This document shows, piece after piece, positions 55,947 to 64,000 of a stretch of DNA of 64,000 bases. The notes beneath the pieces are model-generated. The model saw only the letters and a list, made by a program, of their open reading frames with translations. It was not told where the DNA came from and did no database searches. The first letter of the stretch is position 1. Each line of letters begins with the position of its first letter. The DNA is from Candidatus Bathyarchaeota archaeon (GTDB taxonomy: Archaea; Thermoproteota; Bathyarchaeia; Bathyarchaeales; Bathyarchaeaceae): NCBI GenBank assembly GCA_963806645.1, contig CAWDYQ010000001.1, positions 67,583 to 131,582 on the forward strand. Reading direction: 5' to 3'. Made by a program: the position numbers and the translations under genes.

Positions 55947-56084
55947 AACCACTATGCTGACTGACGGTACTGACTTACGCACAACACAAAAAAACACTCA
56001 CCCATCGTGAGCGTTGGTTAAATTCACAGAGCATTCTAGGTATTTGTATACCATAATGAAATGGTATAAGGAGCGAAAATCGAA

Positions 56085-56969
56085 ATGAAAATAATGAATC
56101 GAGTAAGAATGAACAAGAGAGGAATGTCAACTATCCTCTTATCAGTGTTACTGATTTCCATAATCGCAATCGCATCCGTTGGTGTTGTCAGCTACTACTA
56201 TTATGGGAACTCTGAATCTGAAAAAAAGGTGAATGACTCTGGTCCCGAACCTGAAGAAAAGGTGAGTAGTTTGCAGTTTACTACTGAACAAATGTCTGAC
56301 GTATCGAGTAATACCACAGGTTCCATGACGGGATACTTGAAAAATATCGACACAGACAACCTTAAACTAAGATTGGAGGTTTCTATGGAAGGCCAAGTTT
56401 TTATGATGCTTATCTCAAACGGGCAACAAAATAAGGCGTGGATCTGGTCGGTCTTATCTAATGCATGGATAGATATCTCAAACGATTTCGAAGCACAATG
56501 GGGTAATGCGAAAGTGCTCGTTGACGAAATCATGCTTGGATTATCAAAAGGAACACTTGACGAGTTCAATTATACTAATCCGACTACAAATGAGACTCAA
56601 ACCTTCAAAATTGCTGAATATCAGGTGAACCCAACAATCGCAGATTCGCTGTTTGAAATAGATACAACAGATGTTGCTGAAGGATACGTCTCAATAAACA
56701 TTTGGGGCGACTATGCCGACCGCACTAACGAGCGCGCAATCACTGTGTATGGAAATGCTGAAAACACTGGGACTAAGAGTGCTCAGAATTGCAGGTTAGA
56801 GATTGCTGTAGTGTTCGAAATAGGCAATATTACACAGATCAAAACTGAATTCGTAACCCTTGGCGACATACCTTCAGGAACCGTAAAGGAATTCATTATA
56901 CTTTTTCAATTGCCAATTGGCGTAAACCCAGCCATGACTGGCTACTCTATAAACCCCTTTTGGGATTAG
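56085..56969 (+). CDS. Hypothetical N-terminally anchored extracellular protein
   Basis: 294 aa with an N-terminal TM helix (MSTILLSVLLISIIAIASVGVV). The rest is soluble with beta-rich composition. No family recognised. Confidence 0.55.
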   Translation: MKIMNRVRMNKRGMSTILLSVLLISIIAIASVGVVSYYYYGNSESEKKVNDSGPEPEEKVSSLQFTTEQMSDVSSNTTGSMTGYLKNIDTDNLKLRLEVSMEGQVFMMLISNGQQNKAWIWSVLSNAWIDISNDFEAQWGNAKVLVDEIMLGLSKGTLDEFNYTNPTTNETQTFKIAEYQVNPTIADSLFEIDTTDVAEGYVSINIWGDYADRTNERAITVYGNAENTGTKSAQNCRLEIAVVFEIGNITQIKTEFVTLGDIPSGTVKEFIILFQLPIGVNPAMTGYSINPFWD

Positions 56970-57048
56970 CTGTTGCTAAACTACTAGTGTAGGCTGTGCC
57001 CCTACGCCCCCTCTTCTTTCAATAAATTTCCATGCGCGCCCTTTTCAA

Positions 57049-57489
57049 TTATATTCGATGAATTCGCTTGGTTAGTTGTCTATACCCTAAGAAGTCTTTG
57101 ATTGCATGATCTTGACTGCCAAACCTATAGCCTATTCTTGGAGCAGGTTTGTTTCCTTTTGAAGAAACTCTAAGAGTGGAACTCATTTTGATACATTGCA
57201 TTGCTAAATATCTAAGCATTAGGATACTCCTTGAAAGAATAGCTACCCAAGCAACAACAACAGCTAAGTTTTCTTCTCTACTACCATAGCAGTCAAAAAC
57301 AACATGGTAATTGTTTTCACTTGATTTTAGAACTATGAAACCGTTCTGCCAAAAATGTTCACAAACCTTTAAAGCCCAATACTTAACTTTTTTGAATTTC
57401 ATTTCGTCAAGGTCGAGCATAACTGTTTCACGATCGGTGAAACCGATAATAGGTTCAGCTTTCGATATTTGGTTTGTCAACCCATTCAC
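57049..57489 (-). CDS. Hypothetical protein with a faint primase-polymerase (AEP)-like motif pattern
   Basis: 146 aa. VMLDLD (DxD-like) is followed about 35 residues later by SSENNYHVVFD (sGxGyHvvf-like). The resemblance is weak and motif-level only. Confidence 0.4.
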   Translation of the reverse strand: MNGLTNQISKAEPIIGFTDRETVMLDLDEMKFKKVKYWALKVCEHFWQNGFIVLKSSENNYHVVFDCYGSREENLAVVVAWVAILSRSILMLRYLAMQCIKMSSTLRVSSKGNKPAPRIGYRFGSQDHAIKDFLGYRQLTKRIHRI

Positions 57490-57693
57490 CTAAAAAAAGA
57501 CACAATTTTAAGTTGGGGACTGCCAGAACCTGAACTCTTAGAAGATTTGGGTAAACAATGTAACTTAGCATTTGATAAATCCCAAGAAGGCGATCTTAAC
57601 GAAAATAGGATCAAAAATGTATTAAATAATTGAAATCAAAAGCTTTTTTGTAAAGAAATCTTTACCAACTTTAATCATTAGCTGGGTACAATT

Positions 57694-59304
57694 CTATTTT
57701 AGCCAGTTTCTTGATTTTAGAACTTGTTTTCCAACTATTTTCAATCTTAGTGCATCTTCGTAAGGACACATTTCAATACAACGTAAACACAGAATACAAT
57801 TTGATGTTGTAACATCTCCGCCCTTTTTTTTATAAACTTCAGTAACTTGTGTTGGACACACACGTTTACAGACACCACATTGAGTGCATTTCTCCTCTTT
57901 TTTTTCTAACCTAAGAAATGAGATCCATTTGAATGGAGGAAAACGGTTAAAAAAAGCAATTAACGCCCCCATGGGACAAATTCTACACCATGAACGTCTA
58001 TAAAAAAATGCTGCAACACTCACTGTTCCTAGCACTAACAAATTTATTGAAGTAACATAGTAACCCAATTCAAAAAAATTTCCAGATGTGACAGCAAATA
58101 CCCATTCTGGTTTAATCACATTGGCTGCTGATTGTAATAAGACACAAAAAGGTTTCATTGGACATACTTGACAAAAGGGAGCTGAAAAATATTGATAAAT
58201 AAATCCTCCATCCTCAGTTCCTGGAGCTAGTTGTAAACCAAGAATTGCTTCAGAACCAAAAAATACACAGATTACGATAATAAGTGCGAGAATTATGTAC
58301 CCCAATTGATGAAATTTTTCGTTAAAATTTTCAGAAAGATTTCGATGTTTTATTTTCAATACTTTTCTAAAGCGTGTGATTAAATCCATATATAATCCAA
58401 AGGGACAAATCCATCCACAGAAAAATTTGCCTAGGATAACTGAAAAAAACATGATAACTCCTATAACTATTGCTAATCTTGAAATTCCAGGTGCAGTATA
58501 TTCTACTCCCCAACCGCTGCCGATGTTCCATGACGGATAAATGTAGGTTTGAATCTCCCAAAGGGCACAAGTTACAGTTCTTCCACAAGGATAATAGCAT
58601 CCAAAAAATGGAACTGGTAACCCATCGGGTAATGAAACTCCAAGAATGTTTGTTGTTTCCAAATATTCGTGTACCATTAATTGTCTGACTGGTCTGGGTA
58701 TTGATTGGTGATCAGCAAACATTCCAAAGAAGATTAACATTACGAAACCAATTTGGATCAGCAATCTTAATGAACTGATTGATCTGGTTTTTCTTTTTAT
58801 ACCCGTGATAGCAGTCACTAAACCTACTCCCACTAAGAATAATGTCACTGCCAACAAAGGGAAATTATAGGGAAATTCTGGCAAATCTATTAACGGAATT
58901 AAAGTTTCAGAATCAACTTTTTCATCAATTACTGTTACTCCTAGTCTATCAGTCATGTGTCCCAGTTTTGGAAAAATATTCCAGTAGCCTGCCATGTCTA
59001 ATTCTTGAGATACCTGAAATTCTCCTGTAATCTCATCAGCGATAATTGTATGATCAATCCAAGAAAGATTAGGTCTGACAAATGTTACAATAATTATTAC
59101 GTCCGGACCTGTTAAATTGGAACATATTCGCCCTGAAACTGTAACTGTTTCTCCTATGTTAACTTGTGTTTGCGATACACTCGCATTTATGTGGGGACCA
59201 TAACAAGCTAAAACAGGTTGAAAACAAATCTGTCCTAACAATATTGAACCTGCGATGATAGCGAATAATAGATTTGTTCGCATTTTATTGATTCCTGTAA
59301 CCAA
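57694..59304 (-). CDS. NapH/NosR-like membrane polyferredoxin with an N-terminal extracellular Ig-like domain
   Basis: 536 aa. It has a signal peptide, several TM helices, the membrane Cys motifs FFCGWICPFG, CQVCPMKPFC and SWCRICPMG, and a C-terminal 2x[4Fe-4S] (CTQCGVCKRVCP, CILCLRCIEMCP). Confidence 0.75.
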   Translation of the reverse strand: MVTGINKMRTNLLFAIIAGSILLGQICFQPVLACYGPHINASVSQTQVNIGETVTVSGRICSNLTGPDVIIIVTFVRPNLSWIDHTIIADEITGEFQVSQELDMAGYWNIFPKLGHMTDRLGVTVIDEKVDSETLIPLIDLPEFPYNFPLLAVTLFLVGVGLVTAITGIKRKTRSISSLRLLIQIGFVMLIFFGMFADHQSIPRPVRQLMVHEYLETTNILGVSLPDGLPVPFFGCYYPCGRTVTCALWEIQTYIYPSWNIGSGWGVEYTAPGISRLAIVIGVIMFFSVILGKFFCGWICPFGLYMDLITRFRKVLKIKHRNLSENFNEKFHQLGYIILALIIVICVFFGSEAILGLQLAPGTEDGGFIYQYFSAPFCQVCPMKPFCVLLQSAANVIKPEWVFAVTSGNFFELGYYVTSINLLVLGTVSVAAFFYRRSWCRICPMGALIAFFNRFPPFKWISFLRLEKKEEKCTQCGVCKRVCPTQVTEVYKKKGGDVTTSNCILCLRCIEMCPYEDALRLKIVGKQVLKSRNWLK

Positions 59305-59346
59305 TCACACAAAACATCTAGAATTTTTGTTAACAAAAGATTTTTT

Positions 59347-59407
59347 GTCAAGAAACTTTGACCAAAATATTTTCAATTGAATGGATGTCTAGTCAAGAAA
59401 CTTTGAC
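59347..59407. promoter_or_regulatory. Two identical GTCAAGAAACTTTGAC sites spaced 45 bp apart
   Basis: The sites are at 59347-59362 and 59392-59407. They lie in the divergent region between the NapH-like gene (start 59304) and the DUF308 gene (start 59527). Confidence 0.5.
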
Positions 59408-59526
59408 TAACATGGGATTCGCACCCTAATTTACTGGCAAAAATCATCTATAGCAATTCAAGGAGTTCTGGCTTTAACAACAAGTCTTTAATAAAAATAA
59501 ACATATACCGATTATGAGGATTCAAT

Positions 59527-60078
59527 TTGACTGCAATAAAGGCTCCTAATTGGCTTCGTGCTTTTGACATTATTTTTGGTTTAATCTCAGTGATAACATC
59601 AGTTGTGGTTTTAGCCTTTCAGAATGCTGCAATCCTAACTTTGATATTTATTTTATCTTTAGTTTTGTTAGTTGTAGGTGTTGCGAGGATTTTTGGAGGA
59701 ATATTTGCCATTTATCTCTCAGGCGGAATGCGTGCGTTAAATGTTGGAATTGGAATAATCGCAATATCTATTGGAATTACCGCAATAGTATATACAGACC
59801 TTACAACTCAACTGTTAATTTACATCATATCATTTGCCTTGTTACTCAACGGAGTTGCTAGACTATTAATTGGCGGATTAATCAAAGTATTCCCAAAATG
59901 GCTAAGAGGATTCTTTATTGTAGTTGGATTTCTTACAATCGGGTTATCATTTGTGGTATTTGTATATTCGGAGCTAGGTTTTCTTGCCCTAATTCTAATG
60001 CTTTCAATATCTTTCATGATCAATGGCATAGCTAGAATCGTTCAGGGAATAATTGGCACAAAAGAAGAAGAATGGTAA
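59527..60078 (+). CDS. DUF308/HdeD-family membrane protein
   Basis: 183 aa. It has six hydrophobic helices with a repeated G(V/I)ARI(F/L/V).G pattern. TTG start. Confidence 0.65.
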   Translation: MTAIKAPNWLRAFDIIFGLISVITSVVVLAFQNAAILTLIFILSLVLLVVGVARIFGGIFAIYLSGGMRALNVGIGIIAISIGITAIVYTDLTTQLLIYIISFALLLNGVARLLIGGLIKVFPKWLRGFFIVVGFLTIGLSFVVFVYSELGFLALILMLSISFMINGIARIVQGIIGTKEEEW

Positions 60079-60270
60079 CTTGTAGTGTTTTACCCTATTA
60101 TGACCTTAATTTTTAAAAATCAGGAATAAATAGTCAGTTTGTCATTAATCAGAAAATGTTATGCTCATTCATATTTGAAGATATTAGTGTGCTCACATTT
60201 ATCACAAATATAATTAGCTATAGTAGTGAATTTTAGTATAGTGGCCTGAGCGAAAACCGGTTATGGATTT

Positions 60271-62829
60271 ATGGTCGAATCCAAAGAAATTAACTACTGG
60301 AAACTACAGAGAGAGGAGCTTTTTAGAGCGCTTGATACCTCAGAAAAGGGTCTTGATGAAACAGAAGCTAAACGTAGACTTGAACAATATGGACTCAATG
60401 AGCTTCCTTCTGCTGAACAAAGAACATCATTTAGCATGTTAATGTCTCAGTTCAAGAATCCTCTTGTTTATGTACTGATTTTTGCTTCAATATTGGCTGG
60501 TTTTTTGGGAGAAATAACCGAAGCAACTATTATTATTGCAATAATGATAGCCAATGCTTTGTTAGGCTTCATTCAGGAGCACAAATCTGAGAGAGCAGTA
60601 GCTGAGCTTAGAAAATATCTTTCATACAATGCTTTGGTGGTTAGAAATGGCAAGAAGATTGTGATTGATACTAGTGTACTTGTGCTGGGTGATCTTGTTC
60701 ACTTGGCTATAGGTGATGTTGTTCCAGCAGACATTAGACTTTTAGATTCTGATGATTTCCAGACAGATGAATCAGTACTTACAGGGGAGTCAACAGCAGT
60801 AGATAAAAACACATCATTGGTGGATCTCGACAATCCACTTCCTCATCAACTCTCCAATATAGCCCTCATGGGTTCAACAGTAACGAATGGTTCTGGAATA
60901 GGAGTGGTTGCTGCCACTGGAAGAAAAACATATTTTGGTCATATAGCATCCAAACTCTCTTTGTTACCTCCAAGGACTAATTTTCAGAAAAACATTGGCA
61001 GTTTTGGAAACTTTCTCGTGAAGGTAATCTTGCTGTTGACAGTCTTCGTATTCCTGATCAACTCTGTTTTGAGCCATGGAATCTTGCAGTCTCTAATATT
61101 TTCCTTGGCATTGGCAGTAGGTATAATTCCTGAAGCTCTGCCTGTGGTGATTACTGTCGGATTATCTGATGGTGCAATCAGGTTAGTGAAGAAGAAGGTT
61201 GTAGTCAAAAGGCTCGAAGCAATAGAAAATATGGGAAATATCGATGTTCTTTGTACGGATAAGACTGGAACCTTGACCCAAAACATGATCAAGGTTGAGG
61301 ATACCGTTGATTCCAAGGGTAATTCAGATCTGGAATTGATCAAATTTGCGCTGCTTTGTAATATGGCAATTGTTGAAGGAGATAGAATACTTGGTAATGC
61401 TATTGATGTTGCAATCTGGAATTATGCCCGAGAGAAAAAATTCCATGAGCAAGATCTTGATATGTTTACACGAGTACATGAAGTTCCTTTTGGTTTTAAC
61501 AGAAGACGAATGAGCATTGTAGTCGAAGTAGGTAATCGAAGGCTCTTGGTTTCAAAGGGAGCCCCGGAGTCAATTCTTGGTGTGTCCATTGCAGTAGGTA
61601 GTGAAATCGAGAATCAGCCCATGTCAGAGGCAACAACGGACGTAAATACTCTGATTGAAAAGTATAGGAAAGTAGGAAATCGGCTGATAGCATTATCAGT
61701 AAAACCGATTGAGAAGAAATTGGATTACTCAGTAGAGGATGAAGCTGAGTTAATATTTGTAGGGTTCCTTGTCCTTTCTGATCCGCCAAAAGAAGATGCT
61801 GCTCCAGCAATCTCCCAATTGAAATCTTTGGGAATAAAGCTGAAAATTCTTAGTGGTGATGACCCTGTGGTAACTGCAGATGTTTGTCGAAAGCTAGGTA
61901 TAGATTTTGAGGGAGGCATTCTTACTGGGGTAGATATAGAAGACATGCAGGAGAATAAGCTACGTCAAGCAGTGGAAGAAAACGATGTGTTTGGGCGTGT
62001 GACTCCTGAACAGAAATATGCCATAGTTGATGCTTTAAAGAAAAACGGTCACGTAACAGGGTTTCTAGGTGATGGGGTTAATGATGCACCTGCTCTTAAA
62101 TTGGCAGACGTAGGAATTTCTGTTGACTCCGGAGTTCAAGTTGCAAAGGAAGCTGCCACTATAATCTTACTAGAGAAAAGTCTAGGTGTAATTGCTGATG
62201 GAGTAGCTGAAGGAAGAAAAGCCTTCGGTAATATGACTAAGTATATCATGAATACGGTAAGTGCAAATTTGGGAAATATGTTCACATTGGCTTTAGGATC
62301 TTTGTTTCTTCCATTCATACCACTTTTACCTTCTCAAATACTCTTAACAAATCTGGTTTCTGATGCACCGCTTCTTACAATATCGACTGATAGACTTGAC
62401 GAAGAAGGCTTGAGGGCTCCTAAAAAATGGAATATTGGATTAATAGCAAAGTTTGCCCTATTCTTTGGTTTGATTAGCTTGATTTTTGATTTTGTCACAA
62501 TTTCATCTTTAATTTATGTTCTAAATGCAGGTCCTGAGCTTTTTAGAACGGGTTGGTTCATCGAGTCTGTAATATCTGAGATATTGATCACTTTTTCGAT
62601 CAGAACTAGAAGAAAATTTTTCAAATCAAGACCTAGTAACCTTCTAATTGTAGCTTCAGTCATAATGGTTGCAGCAACTCTTTTCATTGTCTATTCTCCT
62701 ATTGGAATATTCTTCGAGTTTGCTCAACCACCTTTATGGTTTTTAGGACTAATATTTGGAGTACTTATTTGCTACTTCCTTTTTGTTGAAATCTTGAAGC
62801 ATTTATTCTTCAGTCGATATGAAGTTTAA
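60271..62829 (+). CDS. mgtA: P-type ATPase, MgtA-like (Mg2+-importing type)
   Basis: 852 aa. It has the N-terminal LSxxEAxxRLxxYGxNEL domain, TGES, the phosphorylation site CTDKTGTLTQN, and GDGVNDAPALK. The MgtA-like TM segment SANLGNMFTLALGSLFLPFIPLLPSQILLTNLVSD is also present. The ion specificity is an inference. Confidence 0.8.
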   Translation: MVESKEINYWKLQREELFRALDTSEKGLDETEAKRRLEQYGLNELPSAEQRTSFSMLMSQFKNPLVYVLIFASILAGFLGEITEATIIIAIMIANALLGFIQEHKSERAVAELRKYLSYNALVVRNGKKIVIDTSVLVLGDLVHLAIGDVVPADIRLLDSDDFQTDESVLTGESTAVDKNTSLVDLDNPLPHQLSNIALMGSTVTNGSGIGVVAATGRKTYFGHIASKLSLLPPRTNFQKNIGSFGNFLVKVILLLTVFVFLINSVLSHGILQSLIFSLALAVGIIPEALPVVITVGLSDGAIRLVKKKVVVKRLEAIENMGNIDVLCTDKTGTLTQNMIKVEDTVDSKGNSDLELIKFALLCNMAIVEGDRILGNAIDVAIWNYAREKKFHEQDLDMFTRVHEVPFGFNRRRMSIVVEVGNRRLLVSKGAPESILGVSIAVGSEIENQPMSEATTDVNTLIEKYRKVGNRLIALSVKPIEKKLDYSVEDEAELIFVGFLVLSDPPKEDAAPAISQLKSLGIKLKILSGDDPVVTADVCRKLGIDFEGGILTGVDIEDMQENKLRQAVEENDVFGRVTPEQKYAIVDALKKNGHVTGFLGDGVNDAPALKLADVGISVDSGVQVAKEAATIILLEKSLGVIADGVAEGRKAFGNMTKYIMNTVSANLGNMFTLALGSLFLPFIPLLPSQILLTNLVSDAPLLTISTDRLDEEGLRAPKKWNIGLIAKFALFFGLISLIFDFVTISSLIYVLNAGPELFRTGWFIESVISEILITFSIRTRRKFFKSRPSNLLIVASVIMVAATLFIVYSPIGIFFEFAQPPLWFLGLIFGVLICYFLFVEILKHLFFSRYEV

Positions 62830-62977
62830 ACCTATTACAAATGCACGTAAAAATCAATAAATAAAATTAATAAAAATACAATTTATGACGCTTGGGTATA
62901 CAAGGAACAAATGGGAACCAAAACATCCCATAATAAGCATGTGAATTTTTTGCATGTGTATTATTGTCGAAAATTTG

Positions 62978-63914
62978 TTAAAAAGAAAGGTGTGTTAAAA
63001 TTAGCACTAATATTACAGTGATTATAAGAATGGGTAATATTTTTAGAGCCTTTTGGTTGAATTTTGTTGCCTCTTCTGTTTTCTTTTTGTCAACTAGTCT
63101 CATAATATAAACTGAAACTGAAAGGTTGTAAAGGAAAAGCACGTAGATTCCTATCATCATTCTGTCTGCAAATGTCAGGTATCCTGTAGGAGGAATACCA
63201 TTCACGAGGGACAGATGGAATGCTGTGGCAGAAAGGAGTGTTGTTACTCCCAAACCAATGCGTTGTGCAAAATTGTTTGGTGATATGAAAAATGCAAGCA
63301 AAGCAATAGTTGTAATTACTGAAATTGGCAAAACACTCTTAATGAAAGCTGAAACAATAGGTCGTTCTAAGATCAGTCTAGAATTAAAACGGGAATAACC
63401 TTCAGCTCCATAAGAATGCTCATCAATGACGGTTTCAAAGTTTACTATATTCCAGCCCGTAACAGTAGCTTCCGGATCAATGGTCGCACTTTCTGAAAGA
63501 TAGACTAGTTGGGAGGAATTAAGGTATTTGTGTTCTAATTGTATAGAAAGATCCTGATTTTCAAATGGGTAATCGTGTGAAATCAAAAGTTTTAATGAAA
63601 TCTCCTCTAACCCTGTATTCTAAGTAGCCTTCATCTGGTTCTGCAGCGATTTCATACTTTGTTGGTGCACCATTGATAAATTCGAACTCTTTGATTTCAA
63701 TTAGGCTTATTTCAGAAGGATCAAAATTGAACCATAAATAGAAATCCAGTTTGAAGCTGCTCGCAGCTAAATCCACTTTTTCCACATTTACCAGCCAAAT
63801 CCCAACCTCAACTTCTGTGGTACTTTGAGCGTTCACTCTTTCAATTTGGGGAAGAGAAACAAGTATTACGGAAAATAAAAAGAAAAAAATGATGGGCAAT
63901 GCAGATTTTTTCAT
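62978..63914 (-). pseudogene. Pentameric ligand-gated ion channel (prokaryotic Cys-loop-receptor homologue), frame broken in the extracellular domain
   Basis: ORF 63561..63914 (signal, then VEVGIWLVNVEKVDLAASSFKLDFYLWFNFDP...) and ORF 62978..63586 in the +1 frame (SHDYPFENQDLSIQLE, the PF-D/E-x-Q loop-7 motif), followed by four TM helices M1-M4. The junction is at about 63575-63600, near A4/T4 runs. Confidence 0.75.
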
Positions 63915-64000
63915 GACTCATGCATTATCCTGATTTCTGGATTTGAAGCTTTCGTTTATAGAACACTCCAAAGATTGCGACTGAAAGCAATAAGATCAGT

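Noticed and set aside
56985-57001. GC-rich hairpin gtagg-ctgtgcc-cctac between the convergent genes 56085..56969 and 57049..57489
   Set aside because: It is plausible as a bidirectional terminator, but it has only a 5-bp stem and no flanking T-runs. Not enough to list as a feature.
57493-57636. Plus-strand open frame reading ...WGLPEPELLEDLGKQCNLAFDKSQEGDLNENRIKNVLNN
   Set aside because: It looks protein-like but has no plausible start codon. It is probably a gene remnant rather than a functional CDS.
60079-60270. Possible Mg2+-sensing leader or riboswitch upstream of the MgtA-like gene
   Set aside because: I could not find conserved M-box-like helices or a proline-rich leader peptide. The region is plain AT-rich spacer by eye.
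63956-64000. Minus-strand open frame ending at 63956 (..TDLIAFSRNLWSVL)
   Set aside because: Only 14 codons are visible at the window edge, which is too little to call.

Overview
AT-rich archaeal chromosomal segment. Evidence for an archaeal origin: a ~318-nt 7S-type SRP RNA, a LysW-carrier lysine pathway, a geranylgeranyl reductase, and TATA-like promoters. I cannot name the lineage from sequence alone.

Layout:
- 1-9.9 kb: a complete divergent lysine (alpha-aminoadipate/LysW) regulon. lysW-X-Y-Z-J-K runs on the minus strand. An Lrp-type regulator, homocitrate synthase, homoaconitase large and small subunits, and homoisocitrate dehydrogenase run on the plus strand.
- 12.5 kb: SRP RNA.
- 13-23 kb: an aromatic/branched-chain amino-acid module. 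It holds an ACT protein, livGF, paaK, iorAB, livK-H-M and a PaaI thioesterase.
- 23-47 kb: mostly housekeeping genes. These are aspartokinase, a group II PLP decarboxylase, aconitase, endonuclease III, pyrophosphatase, TrmI and geranylgeranyl reductase. They are mixed with membrane and surface proteins.
- 44-57.6 kb: an accessory island. It holds an intact orphan large terminase with HTH and ribbon-helix-helix partners, then a run of C-terminally anchored surface proteins (beta-helix, PD40 propeller, Kelch propeller). Conserved intergenic repeat modules separate these genes.
- 57.7-64 kb: a NapH-like polyferredoxin, a DUF308 protein, an MgtA-like P-type ATPase and a pentameric ligand-gated ion channel.

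Three small genes are absent from the ORF track but supported by the sequence: the lysK 5' part, lysW and an RHH protein.

At least 13 reading-frame disruptions are visible, and 9 of them fall within 44-54.5 kb. Many sit at short homopolymers, so assembly indels and real gene decay cannot be separated without reads.

Most interesting items: the palindromic repeat family and inverted-repeat-flanked surface-protein cassette, a GTCAA-N6-TTGAC operator-like site, the orphan terminase module, and unusual domain insertions in IorA and LysX. No CRISPR array, tRNA or rRNA was seen.
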